Shown: in pieces, positions 11,695 through 23,045 of the stretch
How the letters are laid out: every line of letters begins with the position of its first letter
Numbering within the stretch: position 1 is the stretch's first letter
Virus record (IMG/VR): IMGVR_UViG_3300027963_000035
Location: 186,001-250,000 of that record
DNA length: 64,000 nt
Strand: one strand, 5' to 3'
Program-made: the position numbers and the translations under genes
Notes under the pieces: model-generated
The model's database searches: none
What the model saw: only the letters and a program-made list of their open reading frames with translations
What the model was told of the DNA's origin: nothing

Positions 11695-11760
11695 AAAATA
11701 ACCCTCCGCACGAACCTATTAGGGTCACGAACCTATTAGAGTGTCGTGCGGAGGGTTTTT
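11695..11760. terminator. Intrinsic terminator-like hairpin
   Basis: AACCCTCCGCACGA/TCGTGCGGAGGGTT stem with A/T runs on both sides; contains a duplicated cacgaacctattag. Confidence 0.65.
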
Positions 11761-11774
11761 AACAATAAATTAGA

Positions 11775-12182
11775 TTAGCGATAACGGCGGCAGCAATACC
11801 ATTTGCCATTATTGCCTTGTGCATAACCTACGTCAACAGTCGTGAGGTTGCTATTAGCATAGCAGCAGTTGTTGTATGCGGCCTGTTGGGAGGAACCGCT
11901 CCCGCAACCCTCATACCCGCTGTTGCCTCCCCAGTGACCAACACGGCCCGTACGAGCCATGATTTCGGCAACACCCTGAGCCGAACTGGTATCGCTATAA
12001 CTTCTGGTTGGAGTTTCAGAAGTATAACTATATTGCCGTGGGGTATCTCCCCCAGTATAACTGTATGTCTTTGGGGCAGAATAAGTCGGGGTATTATAGG
12101 TGTTATAACTGCGTCGAGGACGAGCGTGAGCAACACCACTAATCAGAACACAAACAAAAAGAGCAGCAACAAGACGATTCAT
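11775..12182 (-). CDS. Secreted Cys/Tyr-rich protein
   Basis: GGAGG RBS, signal peptide ending AHA, CC motifs. Confidence 0.6.
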   Translation of the reverse strand: MNRLVAALFVCVLISGVAHARPRRSYNTYNTPTYSAPKTYSYTGGDTPRQYSYTSETPTRSYSDTSSAQGVAEIMARTGRVGHWGGNSGYEGCGSGSSQQAAYNNCCYANSNLTTVDVGYAQGNNGKWYCCRRYR

Positions 12183-13117
12183 ACTAACCTCCATGAAATG
12201 AAACATATGGTATGATATGTTTCCTCCTAATCAAACTCCCCATACCGGGAACCAGAATACTGTAGTGTATTGAATCAATTTTGGCAAGTGGAATAAATTG
12301 TTTTGCCCATCTTACCTAACCTATTCAAAATTCCGGTTCGATGGGTTCATATGCGTCATATTGACTCATAATATCCGTACGAAATTTACCCAACTTTTCT
12401 TTTTTACAACTAGAACAGCATTTAGTCAATGGAATATTATATCCATCGTAGATCCACTCGCTAATCTTACCGCTTCCACAATTGCATTCGTGGCTTTTTA
12501 CATTAGGTTCATTCATTACATTTCTCCAAGAAAGTCTCGGAGCATACGGGCAGTCTCAATAAAATGCAAGCCCTTTGCGTGGGCTTCTTCTATGATGCTG
12601 TCCACTCCATCATAAATGCTCTCTGGATAATTCGCCAGAATCTCATAAAGAGGAAGTGTGCTGTATTCATTCTCAAAATACCAATCGGTTTTGTTTTTGT
12701 ATTCGGCAATATCAAGATTATTCATTACAAATACCTTTGAATAAGACGATCAATCATTCCAAATATAATCCAAGGAATTGGACTCAAGGCAATGCCAATT
12801 GAAAACAAAATAGATAATACAGAAATAATAATTAACGAATACATCCCGTACTCCAATTCTTGGGCATACTTTCAATCTTGCAACCAAAACTTTCCCAACG
12901 CCCCACAGTCCAAGGAAACTTGCTTTCGCTTTTAACGTAGACTTCCCAACCACGCTGGTAGTTCTTGATTGTACCCTCAATCTTACTGCTCATTTCCTCT
13001 GTGGCAGGGGATGCAGTATCATACCGGAGCATATCCAGTGGAAATTCACCATTACCAGTAATTTTAGCGTACTTCATATCAGTCTCTTAAAAAAAGTTTT
13101 AATCTGTTCCTACCAAC

Positions 13118-13137
13118 AACCGTACCCGAAAGAAACT
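13118..13137 (-). promoter_or_regulatory. Conserved promoter-like motif (6)
   Basis: aaccgtacccgaaagaaact, back-to-back with a sigma70-like promoter. Confidence 0.7.
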
Positions 13138-13165
13138 TGACTCTTTTGGACTGACCTGCTATATT
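13137..13165 (+). promoter_or_regulatory. Sigma70-like promoter for csrA
   Basis: TTGACT-17 nt-TATATT with extended -10 TG. Confidence 0.55.
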
Positions 13166-13212
13166 GTTTTTGTTGTCTGATTTTTCTAAAAATAAAACAA
13201 AAGGAACATACA

Positions 13213-13395
13213 GTGCTAGTGCTGTGCCGCAAGGAAAGCGAAAAAATTCACATCCCAGAATTAAACGTAACGATTACCCTTGTAAGTGTCGAGGGAAATA
13301 GAGCAAGGATAGGCGTGGAAGCCCCAAAGAACTGTAGTATTGTTAGAGAAGAATTGTTAGTTGACAACAAGCCTTGGGTCAAAAAGACTCGATGA
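13213..13395 (+). CDS. csrA: Carbon storage regulator CsrA homolog
   Basis: MLVLCRKESEKIHI...RARIGVEAPKNCSIVREEL matches the CsrA pattern. Confidence 0.88.
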   Translation: MLVLCRKESEKIHIPELNVTITLVSVEGNRARIGVEAPKNCSIVREELLVDNKPWVKKTR

Positions 13396-13427
13396 GATTT
13401 TACCACTAAAAAAAGGAGACAAAAAGA

Positions 13428-13577
13428 ATGAAAAGTAGATATTTGTTTATAACAGCAGCATTTTTAAGTTTTGTTTTGAGTGTAACCATATGGTTTTTAT
13501 TTAAAAATGAAAATCAAGCTATTTTTGTTGGAATATGGGTTCCTAGCATATTGTGTCTAGGGAGGTATTTCGATTAA
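13428..13577 (+). CDS. Small membrane protein (49 aa)
   Basis: AGGAG RBS, two hydrophobic segments; below the ORF-track size cut-off. Confidence 0.6.
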   Translation: MKSRYLFITAAFLSFVLSVTIWFLFKNENQAIFVGIWVPSILCLGRYFD

Positions 13578-13669
13578 TGGATAATTTCTTTCTTTTTATA
13601 ATGGGAATAGCAATAACCCTAATCTGTGGTATGGGGGTATTAGTTTATTGCGTTGCCCTAGGGTTATAA
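13577..13669 (+). CDS. Small membrane peptide (30 aa)
   Basis: TAATG coupling to the previous ORF; hydrophobic. Confidence 0.5.
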   Translation: MDNFFLFIMGIAITLICGMGVLVYCVALGL

Positions 13670-13683
13670 AAAAGAGCAAAAAA

Positions 13684-13776
13684 AGGTTGCGGTTATTGAG
13701 CCAGCCGGTGGAGCCGACTTTCGGGCGAGGCTAAGGGTGCTGGCCCGTTCTGAGTGAGTCCACTAATATTCAACCT
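13684..13776. ncRNA. Candidate structured RNA with possible pseudoknot
   Basis: GC-rich; AGGTTG/CAACCT, GCCAGC/GCTGGC, AGCC/GGCT stems and crossing GTGGA/TCCAC. Confidence 0.4.
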
Positions 13777-13778
13777 AT

Positions 13779-13819
13779 AACTGAAAGAAAGCCGTTAATC
13801 ATATGACTTTCTTTCAGTT
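13779..13819. terminator. Terminator hairpin between convergent genes
   Basis: AACTGAAAGAAAG/CTTTCTTTCAGTT followed by a T-run. Confidence 0.6.
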
Positions 13820-16202
13820 TTTTGTTTCTATAAAAATATGATGCCCTAATGTAATCAAATTTTCAAATCCCATTCCATCGAGATTAGATGGATCATCTTT
13901 ATATTGCCAGTAGGGGCTGATTTTAGGATCATAAAAAAGTCTATGTCCAGAGGGTTTCACAAAATTATATGAAACCTCAACGTTTTTGCATTGCACCCAT
14001 CCGCAAACATCCCTCTTTTGTTTAGCAAAAACTTTCTCTGCTGTTTTTGATTCATTTTTTAACGTACATCCCATAAGCAATAATTGAACTTTATTGGGAT
14101 CATGATATTCAACTGAATTCGTAATTATGTTGCGAATCTGCCAATGCTTATAATTCTCCCCAGCACCCAAATGAAATCGAACTTTAAGCATAATATTACC
14201 TGGCTTTTTCTTCTTTATTAGATCTTACCGATAAGATTACGATTCTATTATTTAAGATTTCTATATGGTTTACTAATTTATCATTCTGATATTCTAGTTT
14301 CTTATTCTGGTATTCTAAATCACTAATTATGTTTCTATACTTAATGTAATTTTTTTTCTGATTATATATTGTTGTTCTCTGATTGTATATTATTACTCCA
14401 AGGAAGACATAAAATAGAATTCCTATAAATATTGTTATAAAAACTTTATGGAATTTCATGTCCATAAGCTCTTTCTGATTTTGATTAATCTGATCATCAT
14501 ATCTTCATCTTCTTTATCATATTGTTCTTCGATGCTTGTGAGTTTATCGAGACTCTCTCTTATAATCTCTTTATCTTTTATCCTACTCTCGCAGATTTCG
14601 CTCCACTTGCTAATATCGTGAGGATGTTCACGATATGGTCTAACGTTTTTCCACCAATTATAAATTTCTAAGATTTCTTTAGAAGATTCTGCTTGGGGTG
14701 TTGGCTCGCCGTAACCCTCAGTATATTCTTTCTGGTATCCATTTTCTTCATCTTTTTTAAGACCCATCGCCCAATTAAGATATTCGATACCGCCTTCTGC
14801 GGATCTCTTATATTTTCCTCTTTCTTTTTTATCTTTGCTTAGATAATTTATCCAAGAAAGTTCATCTTCCACAAATTCAGATAATTCAGTAAACAAACCA
14901 TAGAGTATCTTTTCATCTACTTCATGATAATGTCCTGGCTCTAGGCCGGTCTTTAAATAATGAGTCTTATCTACAAACCTATTATTTAAATAAGTTTTTA
15001 TGGAATTGTAGAGATCTGACGGGTAAAATATAAAGTCTTGAAGATTGCCAAGAAGAGTATCGGAGAGATAATATCTAATCGGTCTTTTGTTCTCTTGTTC
15101 CTTTCTCCAATCTTCCCAACCTTCCATTGTGAGTCCAAGAGGCTTATCTTCACCTCTAACCCAATTTGCAAATTTGCTACAAGTCCAGTAATTGAATCTG
15201 GTTCTTAACATAGTGAAATTTTCCAAAAAAATTAGTATCGCAGTTCCGTGTAGACCACTGCGTAATGTATATTAAATTTAACTTACACTCTATTGGCTGT
15301 CGATAACCTCAACCCAGTAACAGTATAGTGATCGACCACTATTTTTTTGTTACCAACAAGATAGTATTGTTGTATATACGGGTACTAATTTTTAGTTTGG
15401 AACAACGACCTTTCTTTGAAGTGTTTTTTTGCAATATTCAAACATACGAATTCCACTAATATCTTTGTTGTTTTTCAAGTCAAAGATTCGATAAAGTCTG
15501 TGAGTGCGGTTCTTAAAATTGGAATCTTTTTTTAATTTTTTAGGGCACTTAAAACGAGGCTTGTATAATTTAAGAGAATTATAATAATGACGCAAAACCG
15601 TTTGTTTAAAATGCTCCCTAGCGAAGAACAAGAGATTGGGTTTTTTGTATTTATCATAGTATTCGACTATAGCATAATCCATGCCTCTAACTATAGAAGC
15701 CTTATAGGCATTTAAGACTTTTTCAAGGTCTAGATTATTTTTTAACTGAATATGTGTGTTATTTTTTACGAAATCCAAGAACTCTCCTGTTACAGGAACA
15801 AAAGAACCTAGCATTTTTTCTTTTTTGCTGATTTTGTGCGGCATAGTTCTTTTGCTTTCGACAGTATTTTTTCTATTTCAACTTCAATGAAACTTAACTT
15901 ATCAATTGATTGTCCTGCCACAAAGCCTCTTTTTATTTCTTCTTCTCTATGCTTCTTTGAATATCTCGGACTTATCCAACGATATTGTTCATTTTTTTCA
16001 TAATCCCAAACAGTCATCTCATAAACAGTTTGCTTGTTAGCATCAAAAACCACACCAGTAGAGCAAATAAAATTTTTGCCCCTTTTCTTATCATTTGAGA
16101 TTATGAAAGCATTTTCTCCATAACAATCCCAAAGAAATTCAGCCCCATCAGTAATTGAGTAATTGACACTGATCAGATAATCTTTTAGGGTGATCTTAGT
16201 TT

Positions 16203-17054
16203 TCATTTTAGATAGTAGGCTTTATACTTTTTTCTGTATTTTTCAGATACTTGCCAAGCAACTGTTTGAAAATAATTTGCAAGTTCAGGACTAACGCTAA
16301 CCGTAGACCCCGATTCAGTAGTAACTTCACAAGGCAATCCCTTTGGATCTAATCTATGAATTATACTGTGAAAAACACATGCTGTCAAATAAGCCCCGGT
16401 AGGATTTTCATGAACTTCATCAAGAAATAATTCAAGATCTGGTTTTTCATTACGAACTATTTTCCATGCTTCGCCAACAAAACAAACTTCGCTATAGGTA
16501 TTGTCCTTCATAGCTTGAATTAGTTGTGAAGTCAAACTTCCCTGAGCCCATAAATTACTTTTATGTGCCCAAACCAAGTATAATATCGGAACAGATTTAT
16601 TGTCAATTAGACTACAGAATTTCTTTACATATTCTTGATATAAATCCGGGTCTGTGTATGGTCGCTGACTAATATCTTGCAATACAACAAAATTACTCAA
16701 TTCACTTGTTATTACGTTTTGAGCATCAGGGCCACTCCAATGACCCTCTAAAGATTGACCCCCGACAGCAACCACTTTAGTTTGTATATCTACGCCCACT
16801 GTTTTTGCAAATTCAACAATAACTCCTGGAATATCGGAGAAGTATGTATGGCTGTTGCCAACAAAGACTATTTTTAATTTTTTGCTATAAGGAGCATTAT
16901 CTAATTTGCGCTGTCTAAGCCAATTTAGATGAACAACGTAATCAGCAGACTTTCTTGTTGCTTGAACAGCACTGAGAACCAGCCCAGATAAAACTGCAAT
17001 GATGGTTATGCTAACCAGCAGTTCAACAAGGGTGGTTCCACGCTTATTCATCAT
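16203..17054 (-). CDS. Prepilin-type N-terminal (DUF1559-like) protein with SGNH-hydrolase-like domain
   Basis: RGTTLVELLVSITIIAVLSGLVLSAVQATRKSA, then VFVGNSHT and DEVH. Confidence 0.75.
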   Translation of the reverse strand: MMNKRGTTLVELLVSITIIAVLSGLVLSAVQATRKSADYVVHLNWLRQRKLDNAPYSKKLKIVFVGNSHTYFSDIPGVIVEFAKTVGVDIQTKVVAVGGQSLEGHWSGPDAQNVITSELSNFVVLQDISQRPYTDPDLYQEYVKKFCSLIDNKSVPILYLVWAHKSNLWAQGSLTSQLIQAMKDNTYSEVCFVGEAWKIVRNEKPDLELFLDEVHENPTGAYLTACVFHSIIHRLDPKGLPCEVTTESGSTVSVSPELANYFQTVAWQVSEKYRKKYKAYYLK

Positions 17055-17135
17055 ATGGAAATTCTTCTACACAAACCAACTCATGATATTCATCAGATGG
17101 ATTATCAAACCAAGGTTGTAAGTCAGGATATTCCA

Positions 17136-17777
17136 TTACTTCAACTTTTCAATCAACTGTCCGACAGTCATATCCTTATCTTGCCGACGAAGTTCAAGCA
17201 TCATAGATTGCTTGACCTTTTTCTGCTCATTGACATATTTCTTAATATTACGATCCCCTGGGTGGCTAAAAGCGAACAAGGTAATTCTCTTATGTAGTTG
17301 ATCGAGAATTTCCCACTTCTTTTCAGTCTTGATTCGCTTGCCAATTTTACCCTTATTAATATCATCCATCAGCCACACAACAATACCGGGCTTATTAAAA
17401 TCTACAATTTCACCCTTAAGCCTAATAATAAGTTTAGTGTAGGCGTAACTATGTCCCCACCACCCCTTATCAATAGTCATCTTTTCTTCTGCTTTATGGA
17501 AGCGATCTTTAATCAAGTTGGTATAAACATAGATTAATGTCTTGGTTCGCCCCCAACCTTTTTCTCCAAGAACCTTAGTGTTAATCGGGGCATTAACGAT
17601 AACATCTTCTGCTTCCGGCCAACGACCCTTAATTATATACCTCGCATAATCAACACAACATTGAGCATCTTCAAGGATAATATTTTCAAGATCCTTGTTT
17701 CGCTTTCCTTCATTGAGGGCGGTTATAAGTGCTTCTTGACTAGGTGAGAGTTTAGGGGCAGCCTTAGTATTATTCAT
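17136..17777 (-). CDS. Helical repeat family protein
   Basis: YARYIIKGRWPEAEDVI repeat unit. Confidence 0.55.
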   Translation of the reverse strand: MNNTKAAPKLSPSQEALITALNEGKRNKDLENIILEDAQCCVDYARYIIKGRWPEAEDVIVNAPINTKVLGEKGWGRTKTLIYVYTNLIKDRFHKAEEKMTIDKGWWGHSYAYTKLIIRLKGEIVDFNKPGIVVWLMDDINKGKIGKRIKTEKKWEILDQLHKRITLFAFSHPGDRNIKKYVNEQKKVKQSMMLELRRQDKDMTVGQLIEKLK

Positions 17778-18295
17778 TTTATAATTATTGGTTGAGTGAT
17801 TATTGTTGTTAAGATAATTTGCGTTAATGAAGCCTGTGCGGTGATGCCGAGCCAGATTTATATTATTCAAAATCACCTGCCTTGTATTCGTAGTCAGGAG
17901 AGTCTACTGTTTCTGTTACACGGTAGCGATTATAAACAATGATCTTATCATTATCTAGATCAAATGTAATTTCGCCCTCGCAACCATCGTTGTTAAAATT
18001 CACTTCATCATGACTTTCAAGAACACTCCAAATACAACTATCCAGAATGTTTTTAGTCTCATGAAGATCTTTGCTTATATTTTCAAGGTCTTCGCTTTGC
18101 GGTCGGCCTTTTTCACTAAAACTATCCAAAAGTTTAGGATTTTTCAAACTACACTTAGCATAGGCGTTGCAGTCGTAGAAATCATTGAAACTATCTCCAC
18201 TTCCCTCATAAGAGATAGTAATGAATCCAGTGTTGGGATAATTCTTTTTAAGACTCGCCAAAATTTCTGACTTTTTCATTGGATTTTTCATAATA

Positions 18296-18736
18296 TTATT
18301 TTAGGTGTTCAATAATTTTTTCTGTAATCGGAACGGTCAATCCTATGTTTTCATCGGTTTGAAAAAAACTTCCTTCAATACAAGCATCATCAAAATCATC
18401 TAATATTGCAAACTTTTGTGCTTGATTGTTATTTAGCCATGCCTGTATTTCTTCGTTTCTCCTGACCCATCCACCTTCTGTCCATCCTTCTGACCTTTCA
18501 ATTACGGGAGTGCAATCAAAAAGTTCAAGTCCATGTTGACTGAGTGCTTGAATAACAATATTTTTATCTTTTTCTTGAACTCTCCAAGTTGAAGAAAGAA
18601 CAATTTTTGCTTCTGTTTCTCTGACAATTCTTGCGACAAGAGCCACAAGAATGTTATCAATAAAATCAAAACCAAACTTTTTTATTGTTTTTGGAGTGTT
18701 TAGAACCCCATCAACATCTAAGAAAATGATTTTCAT
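18296..18736 (-). CDS. HAD-family phosphatase (RNA-repair-associated type)
   Basis: IIFLDVDGVLN, IVLSSTWR, FAILDD. Confidence 0.8.
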   Translation of the reverse strand: MKIIFLDVDGVLNTPKTIKKFGFDFIDNILVALVARIVRETEAKIVLSSTWRVQEKDKNIVIQALSQHGLELFDCTPVIERSEGWTEGGWVRRNEEIQAWLNNNQAQKFAILDDFDDACIEGSFFQTDENIGLTVPITEKIIEHLK

Positions 18737-18757
18737 TTTGGCGTCCCCACAGTCTCA

Positions 18758-18777
18758 AACCGTACCGGAGGGAAACT
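18758..18777 (-). promoter_or_regulatory. Conserved promoter-like motif (7)
   Basis: aaccgtaccggagggaaact; overlaps the upstream TAG stop. Confidence 0.72.
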
Positions 18778-20052
18778 ACTTCTCAAAACAACCGTACCCA
18801 GCCATATGCTCAAATGTTAATAATCCATTTCTTGGGCTTTTGGCATTAGTGCAAACTCCCCAATTATAGCCAAGTGAATCTTTGTTTGAATTACTTTTTA
18901 CAAAATGTTTGCACCCAAGACTACAATCAGGATAGTCTTTGGTTTTATCTTTCCATCGTTCAATTTGTCCTCCATACTCAAAATAATCGGTAGGAAGAAT
19001 CTTTAAGTCTTTTAGGTGTTCCATTTTACTTCACTATTTTTTGGTTCATATCTTTGAGAAATTGAAATTGATTTTTAACTTTTTCTTCTACTTCCTCTAG
19101 AGGAAGATTTGTAGGAACACCAAAATAACATGCGGTCTTCATAATATCAAGCCAATTTTGATCCAGTGGTGTATAACAACCAGTTTTCACCATATTTGCG
19201 TAAACCTCTTTGGTAGAAAAAATTTGATTGCAAATTATTTTAGGAGCAGGGTCCAAAGTAATATCATGATTGATACCATTTGAATCTATTACCCAAGCAT
19301 GCTCAATAAAAATACCACTTAATCCAATCACAATACCTTCCGCATACAATAGTTCAATTACATTCTGGTCAGTTAATAGTTTTTGACTATTTGCAAAGCA
19401 CTGTTTGGCAGCAGGCCGAAAGTGAGCAAGACTTATTGCTTTCTTGATATGCTCCGGATGATGCTTGTAACTTACTGGAGACCAGCCGTTTTTCATCAGT
19501 TGATGAAAAGTTTTAGCAACTCTCTTGTTCAAACTTTTTCTCCAATAAATTGAAAGTAAGCTTTTACAAAGTAATCTTTTAAAAAGTAACCATTGGGAGC
19601 TTCCAATGAAAGAAGAAGCATTTGTTTGTGCATATCTTCTGGAAGTTTGCCTTTTGAAATATTAATGGCATAAAAATAATTTTTCATTGGAATATAGGAA
19701 AGCTGAAGTGCAAGGCTTTCACATTCTTTTACACAGTATTTCAAGGAGCGTTCCACTCCCTTTGACCAAGAATCTGTCCATTTAACAAGATCGCCGCTGT
19801 GGGCACAATCATAACCGATCCACCAAATATTTTCCGGCAGGCCGTTTAAATGGCCGGAAAATGTAACACCACCATGAACAGTTAAGTATTCATCAATATC
19901 AGTGTTTTCCACCCCATAGTAGCCGCTATCTTTTTCTACACCCACATAACCACAGCGATATTGTCCATTTTGGTTAAATATTACAATGGCTCTAAGACCA
20001 GCCTTTGTAATCCAATCTTTTTCAATTTTCATGATAGGTATAAATGCCCAAA

Positions 20053-20086
20053 CGCTAGGCCCATAAATTTCTCTATGGGCCTAGCG
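20053..20086 (-). terminator. Hairpin, possible terminator
   Basis: CGCTAGGCCCATA/TATGGGCCTAGCG. Confidence 0.5.
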
Positions 20087-20440
20087 GATCTTGCGGGCTA
20101 ATTTTGTAGGGAGTTAATTATGTTGACTTCAGTCAACCTTAATGTCCTTGGTGTGAGTCTCAGGAACACCATATGCGTTCTTTGCAGTAAACTTGAGCGT
20201 CACAGTATTGCCATTGACCTTAGTGGAGAACTCATGAAAAACAAGGGTGTCGGGATAATTCACCATTCCCCGAACAATTTCCTTTGCCTTAAGAATCTTA
20301 TCAATATCAGAGTCGCTAATCTTGATGGGATCAGAAGCATAAGAAGTGTGAACCGAAGCACAAGCAACGATCATCAGGATAAAAGCAGCAACAATCTTCA
20401 TATCTGTAGTCCTTTGATTTTTGGTTGGAGGCTGAGACCA

Positions 20441-20460
20441 GACCGTACCAAAAAGAAACT
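20441..20460 (-). promoter_or_regulatory. Conserved promoter-like motif (8)
   Basis: gaccgtaccaaaaagaaact. Confidence 0.7.
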
Positions 20461-20514
20461 TTAGGTGCAAGTTTGATGGTTTTTAAAAAATTTTATAAAA
20501 TAATACATAAACAC

Positions 20515-21222
20515 ATGGAAGTAAAATCTAAAATATTAGTTTGCATTGCATTTCACTATGTTGAAAAAAGGATAGATTACGTAAAACAATTATTGAATAA
20601 TTACGCTACCTACAAAGCGGATGTTGATATTATTGTAGATTCTAATAAATATATAAATTTAAACGCTAAAGTATGTGTGCATAATTTAGAGCATCCTTAT
20701 CATTTAACATGGGTGCACAGAAAACACTTTATAGATAATATTGATAATTATGATTATTTTATGTATGTTGAAGATGATATGTTGGTGACCTACGATGCAT
20801 TCAATGAATACATATCAAATTTTGATGAATTATGGAAATTGGGACGTGTTCCATCTTTTATTAGAGTTGAACATCACAATGGAAAGAAATTCGTAACTGA
20901 CATTACCAGTCAACAATCAATTAATACAACATCAGTTAATGGTAAATCTTTCATGACTTTATCACAACCATATCATGCTTTTTGGATTATGCCGAAGAAA
21001 CAACTAAAAGAAAGCATAACTCCAAATTTTACCAAGCTAGATACATCAAGAGAAAATGCTGCTTCTTATCCTATGTGGGGATTAGGTAAAACTCCCATGG
21101 TTAGAATAGAAAACAATCAAATAAGCGAATTGTGCTATTCATATCACTTGGCCAACAATTACGCCTCTGATCCCAATACCTACTTTGGAAAGATAGAAGT
21201 CAAAGATATAATAAAAAATTAA
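20515..21222 (+). CDS. Putative glycosyltransferase-like protein
   Basis: YDYFMYVEDD motif typical of GT-A-like proteins. Confidence 0.5.
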   Translation: MEVKSKILVCIAFHYVEKRIDYVKQLLNNYATYKADVDIIVDSNKYINLNAKVCVHNLEHPYHLTWVHRKHFIDNIDNYDYFMYVEDDMLVTYDAFNEYISNFDELWKLGRVPSFIRVEHHNGKKFVTDITSQQSINTTSVNGKSFMTLSQPYHAFWIMPKKQLKESITPNFTKLDTSRENAASYPMWGLGKTPMVRIENNQISELCYSYHLANNYASDPNTYFGKIEVKDIIKN

Positions 21223-21486
21223 TTAGATTTTGAAAAAGAAGTATATCCCTCTATAAATCCTTCAACTTCTTCTTTTGATTTTAAGAAGGTTGTGCAATTG
21301 GCATAAACCATATTATCATCAATTGGAAACATGTTTTCTTTCGCAGAGAAGGCTAGTTTGCCCTCTTTTAAACCACTTTGATAAAGTGCTTGTTTTTCTT
21401 CTATAGTGGATCTAGATATCCTAGTTTCCAAAAAGAAAACAAAAAGGATGCCAAGAACCAAAGAAGAAGACAAGATCAAGACTGAT

Positions 21487-21963
21487 TTATTTGGAAGCAT
21501 AGTATACTCCAATTCTGTCCGTACTCTCGTTAAAAAGTTGGTATTGAACTATGTTTTCAAAGCCCCATCTTATGAAAGATTCTTCGCAAACCTTCTTTGT
21601 AGCAGGACAGTGATACTCAAAAGCGATTTGCTTGACAGAAGGCAAAGAGGGAATATCTCTAAAGTATATCTCGGCGCCCTCTATATCACACTTAATTACT
21701 TCTGGCTCATATTTTAAAAAATATTCCAGATCTTTTGAGGATCTTATTGCCTTGGCATAAGATACAAACCTATCGTTATCAATATTTTCTTTACTTAAAT
21801 CTACACCAATAACCTTAAGTGCGCCTTTATTTAAAAACCACTGGGCGGTGGATATTGATGAATAAAATTTGCCACAACCCAAATCCAAAACAACTTTATC
21901 TTTAAAATCTAAAAAAGACCAGTGTTCATCAGGTTCTTCAGTTTGTATTTTTTTTTGAGACAT
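21487..21963 (-). CDS. SAM-dependent methyltransferase-like protein
   Basis: VLDLGCG and IKCDIEGAE. Confidence 0.7.
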   Translation of the reverse strand: MSQKKIQTEEPDEHWSFLDFKDKVVLDLGCGKFYSSISTAQWFLNKGALKVIGVDLSKENIDNDRFVSYAKAIRSSKDLEYFLKYEPEVIKCDIEGAEIYFRDIPSLPSVKQIAFEYHCPATKKVCEESFIRWGFENIVQYQLFNESTDRIGVYYASK

Positions 21964-22058
21964 AATTGTGCTTTCTAATGAGTTTATTATAGCTTGGGTG
22001 GTAAGTTTTTCAAGTATAATATAACGCATAAAATGGAGGGCTAAATACTATATAAATT

Positions 22059-22721
22059 ATGAAATCAAATCATAATTTATGTCCTTCTTGTGGACGAGCT
22101 CTTAAAGGAACAAGAAGAAAGTTTTGCTCTACTGAATGCGTACTAAAATCAAGTAATTCAAAACATCAAAATTACAAAAATCAGCACAGACGGGGCGTTT
22201 CAAAAAAAATGCAATTAATGAAGATGAAGGGAATGTCGTGTAAGGTATGTGGATACAAAAAGAACTATGCAGCCATGGCCTTTCATCACAGAGATCCAAA
22301 GAAAAAATCACACGGTCTTGACTCTAGAGCATGTTCAAATATGTCTTGGAAGTCTTTAGTTCTGGAGGCGGAGAAGTGTGATTTGGTGTGCATGAATTGT
22401 CATATGGAAATTCATCATCCACAATTTGAGGCCGAAAATGCAAATAAAATAATGGATGATTTCGTTCAATTCAATCAAACCGAAGTAAATCAGCACCTTC
22501 TTAAACCCATGAATTGCGAGCGATGCGGCGTAGAATATCAACCCGATAAACACAAAAGAAAATTTTGTTCCGATAAATGTTATCGCTTAAACTCTAGAAG
22601 AGTAGAGCGGCCCTCCAAAGAACAACTTGAGAAAGACTTGTCTGAAATGAATTTTGTAAAGGTAGGCAAAAAATATGGTGTATCAGATAATGCAGTGAGA
22701 AAATGGCTTAAGAGCTATTAA
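22059..22721 (+). CDS. Free-standing HNH homing endonuclease with Zn fingers and C-terminal HTH
   Basis: CKVCGY...FHHRDP...CDLVCMNCHMEIH; extra CxxC pairs; YGVSDNAVRKW. Confidence 0.85.
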   Translation: MKSNHNLCPSCGRALKGTRRKFCSTECVLKSSNSKHQNYKNQHRRGVSKKMQLMKMKGMSCKVCGYKKNYAAMAFHHRDPKKKSHGLDSRACSNMSWKSLVLEAEKCDLVCMNCHMEIHHPQFEAENANKIMDDFVQFNQTEVNQHLLKPMNCERCGVEYQPDKHKRKFCSDKCYRLNSRRVERPSKEQLEKDLSEMNFVKVGKKYGVSDNAVRKWLKSY

Positions 22722-22723
22722 AA

Positions 22724-22762
22724 GACACGAGGCTGCTTGATATTGTCAAGCAGCCTCGTGTT
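22724..22762. terminator. Hairpin between HNH gene and tRNA (probable terminator)
   Basis: GACACGAGGCTGCTTGA/TCAAGCAGCCTCGTGTT. Confidence 0.65.
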
Positions 22763-22765
22763 ACG

Positions 22766-23029
22766 TCCGAAGGGTGGGATTCGAACCCACAGTCTACAAA
22801 TTCAAGTTTGTGTGATTTTCACCACTCCTTGGACTTTGTCTTCACCATATCTTACGATTTAGGTGGTCGCCGTTAAGTCTCTACACGTTCCCTTACGGGC
22901 TTCGCTCGGCATTGCCATATGCTCACGCATTTAGGTTTCACCGAATTTGACGACATCCCATACGAAGTTTCCAATCGTATGGCACGAAAATTCATGAGTT
23001 TGTTGCATTAACCGTTTTGCTACCTTCGG
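22766..23029 (-). tRNA. tRNA with CAU anticodon (probably Ile2, possibly elongator Met) containing a group I intron
   Basis: CCGAAGG/CCTTCGG-A acceptor, ACAAA-CTCAT^AA-TTTGT anticodon arm, GTGGG-TTCGAAT-CCCAC T-arm; 16 nt downstream of tilS. Confidence 0.88.
22803..22993 (-). ncRNA. Group I intron (IC3-like), 191 nt, between tRNA positions 36/37
   Basis: P AAATTCGGTGAAAC, Q GCAATGCCGAGC, R GTAGAGACT, S AAGACAAAGTCC; 5' exon ends in U, terminal G. Confidence 0.88.
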
Positions 23030-23045
23030 AAATTAACCAACTGTG

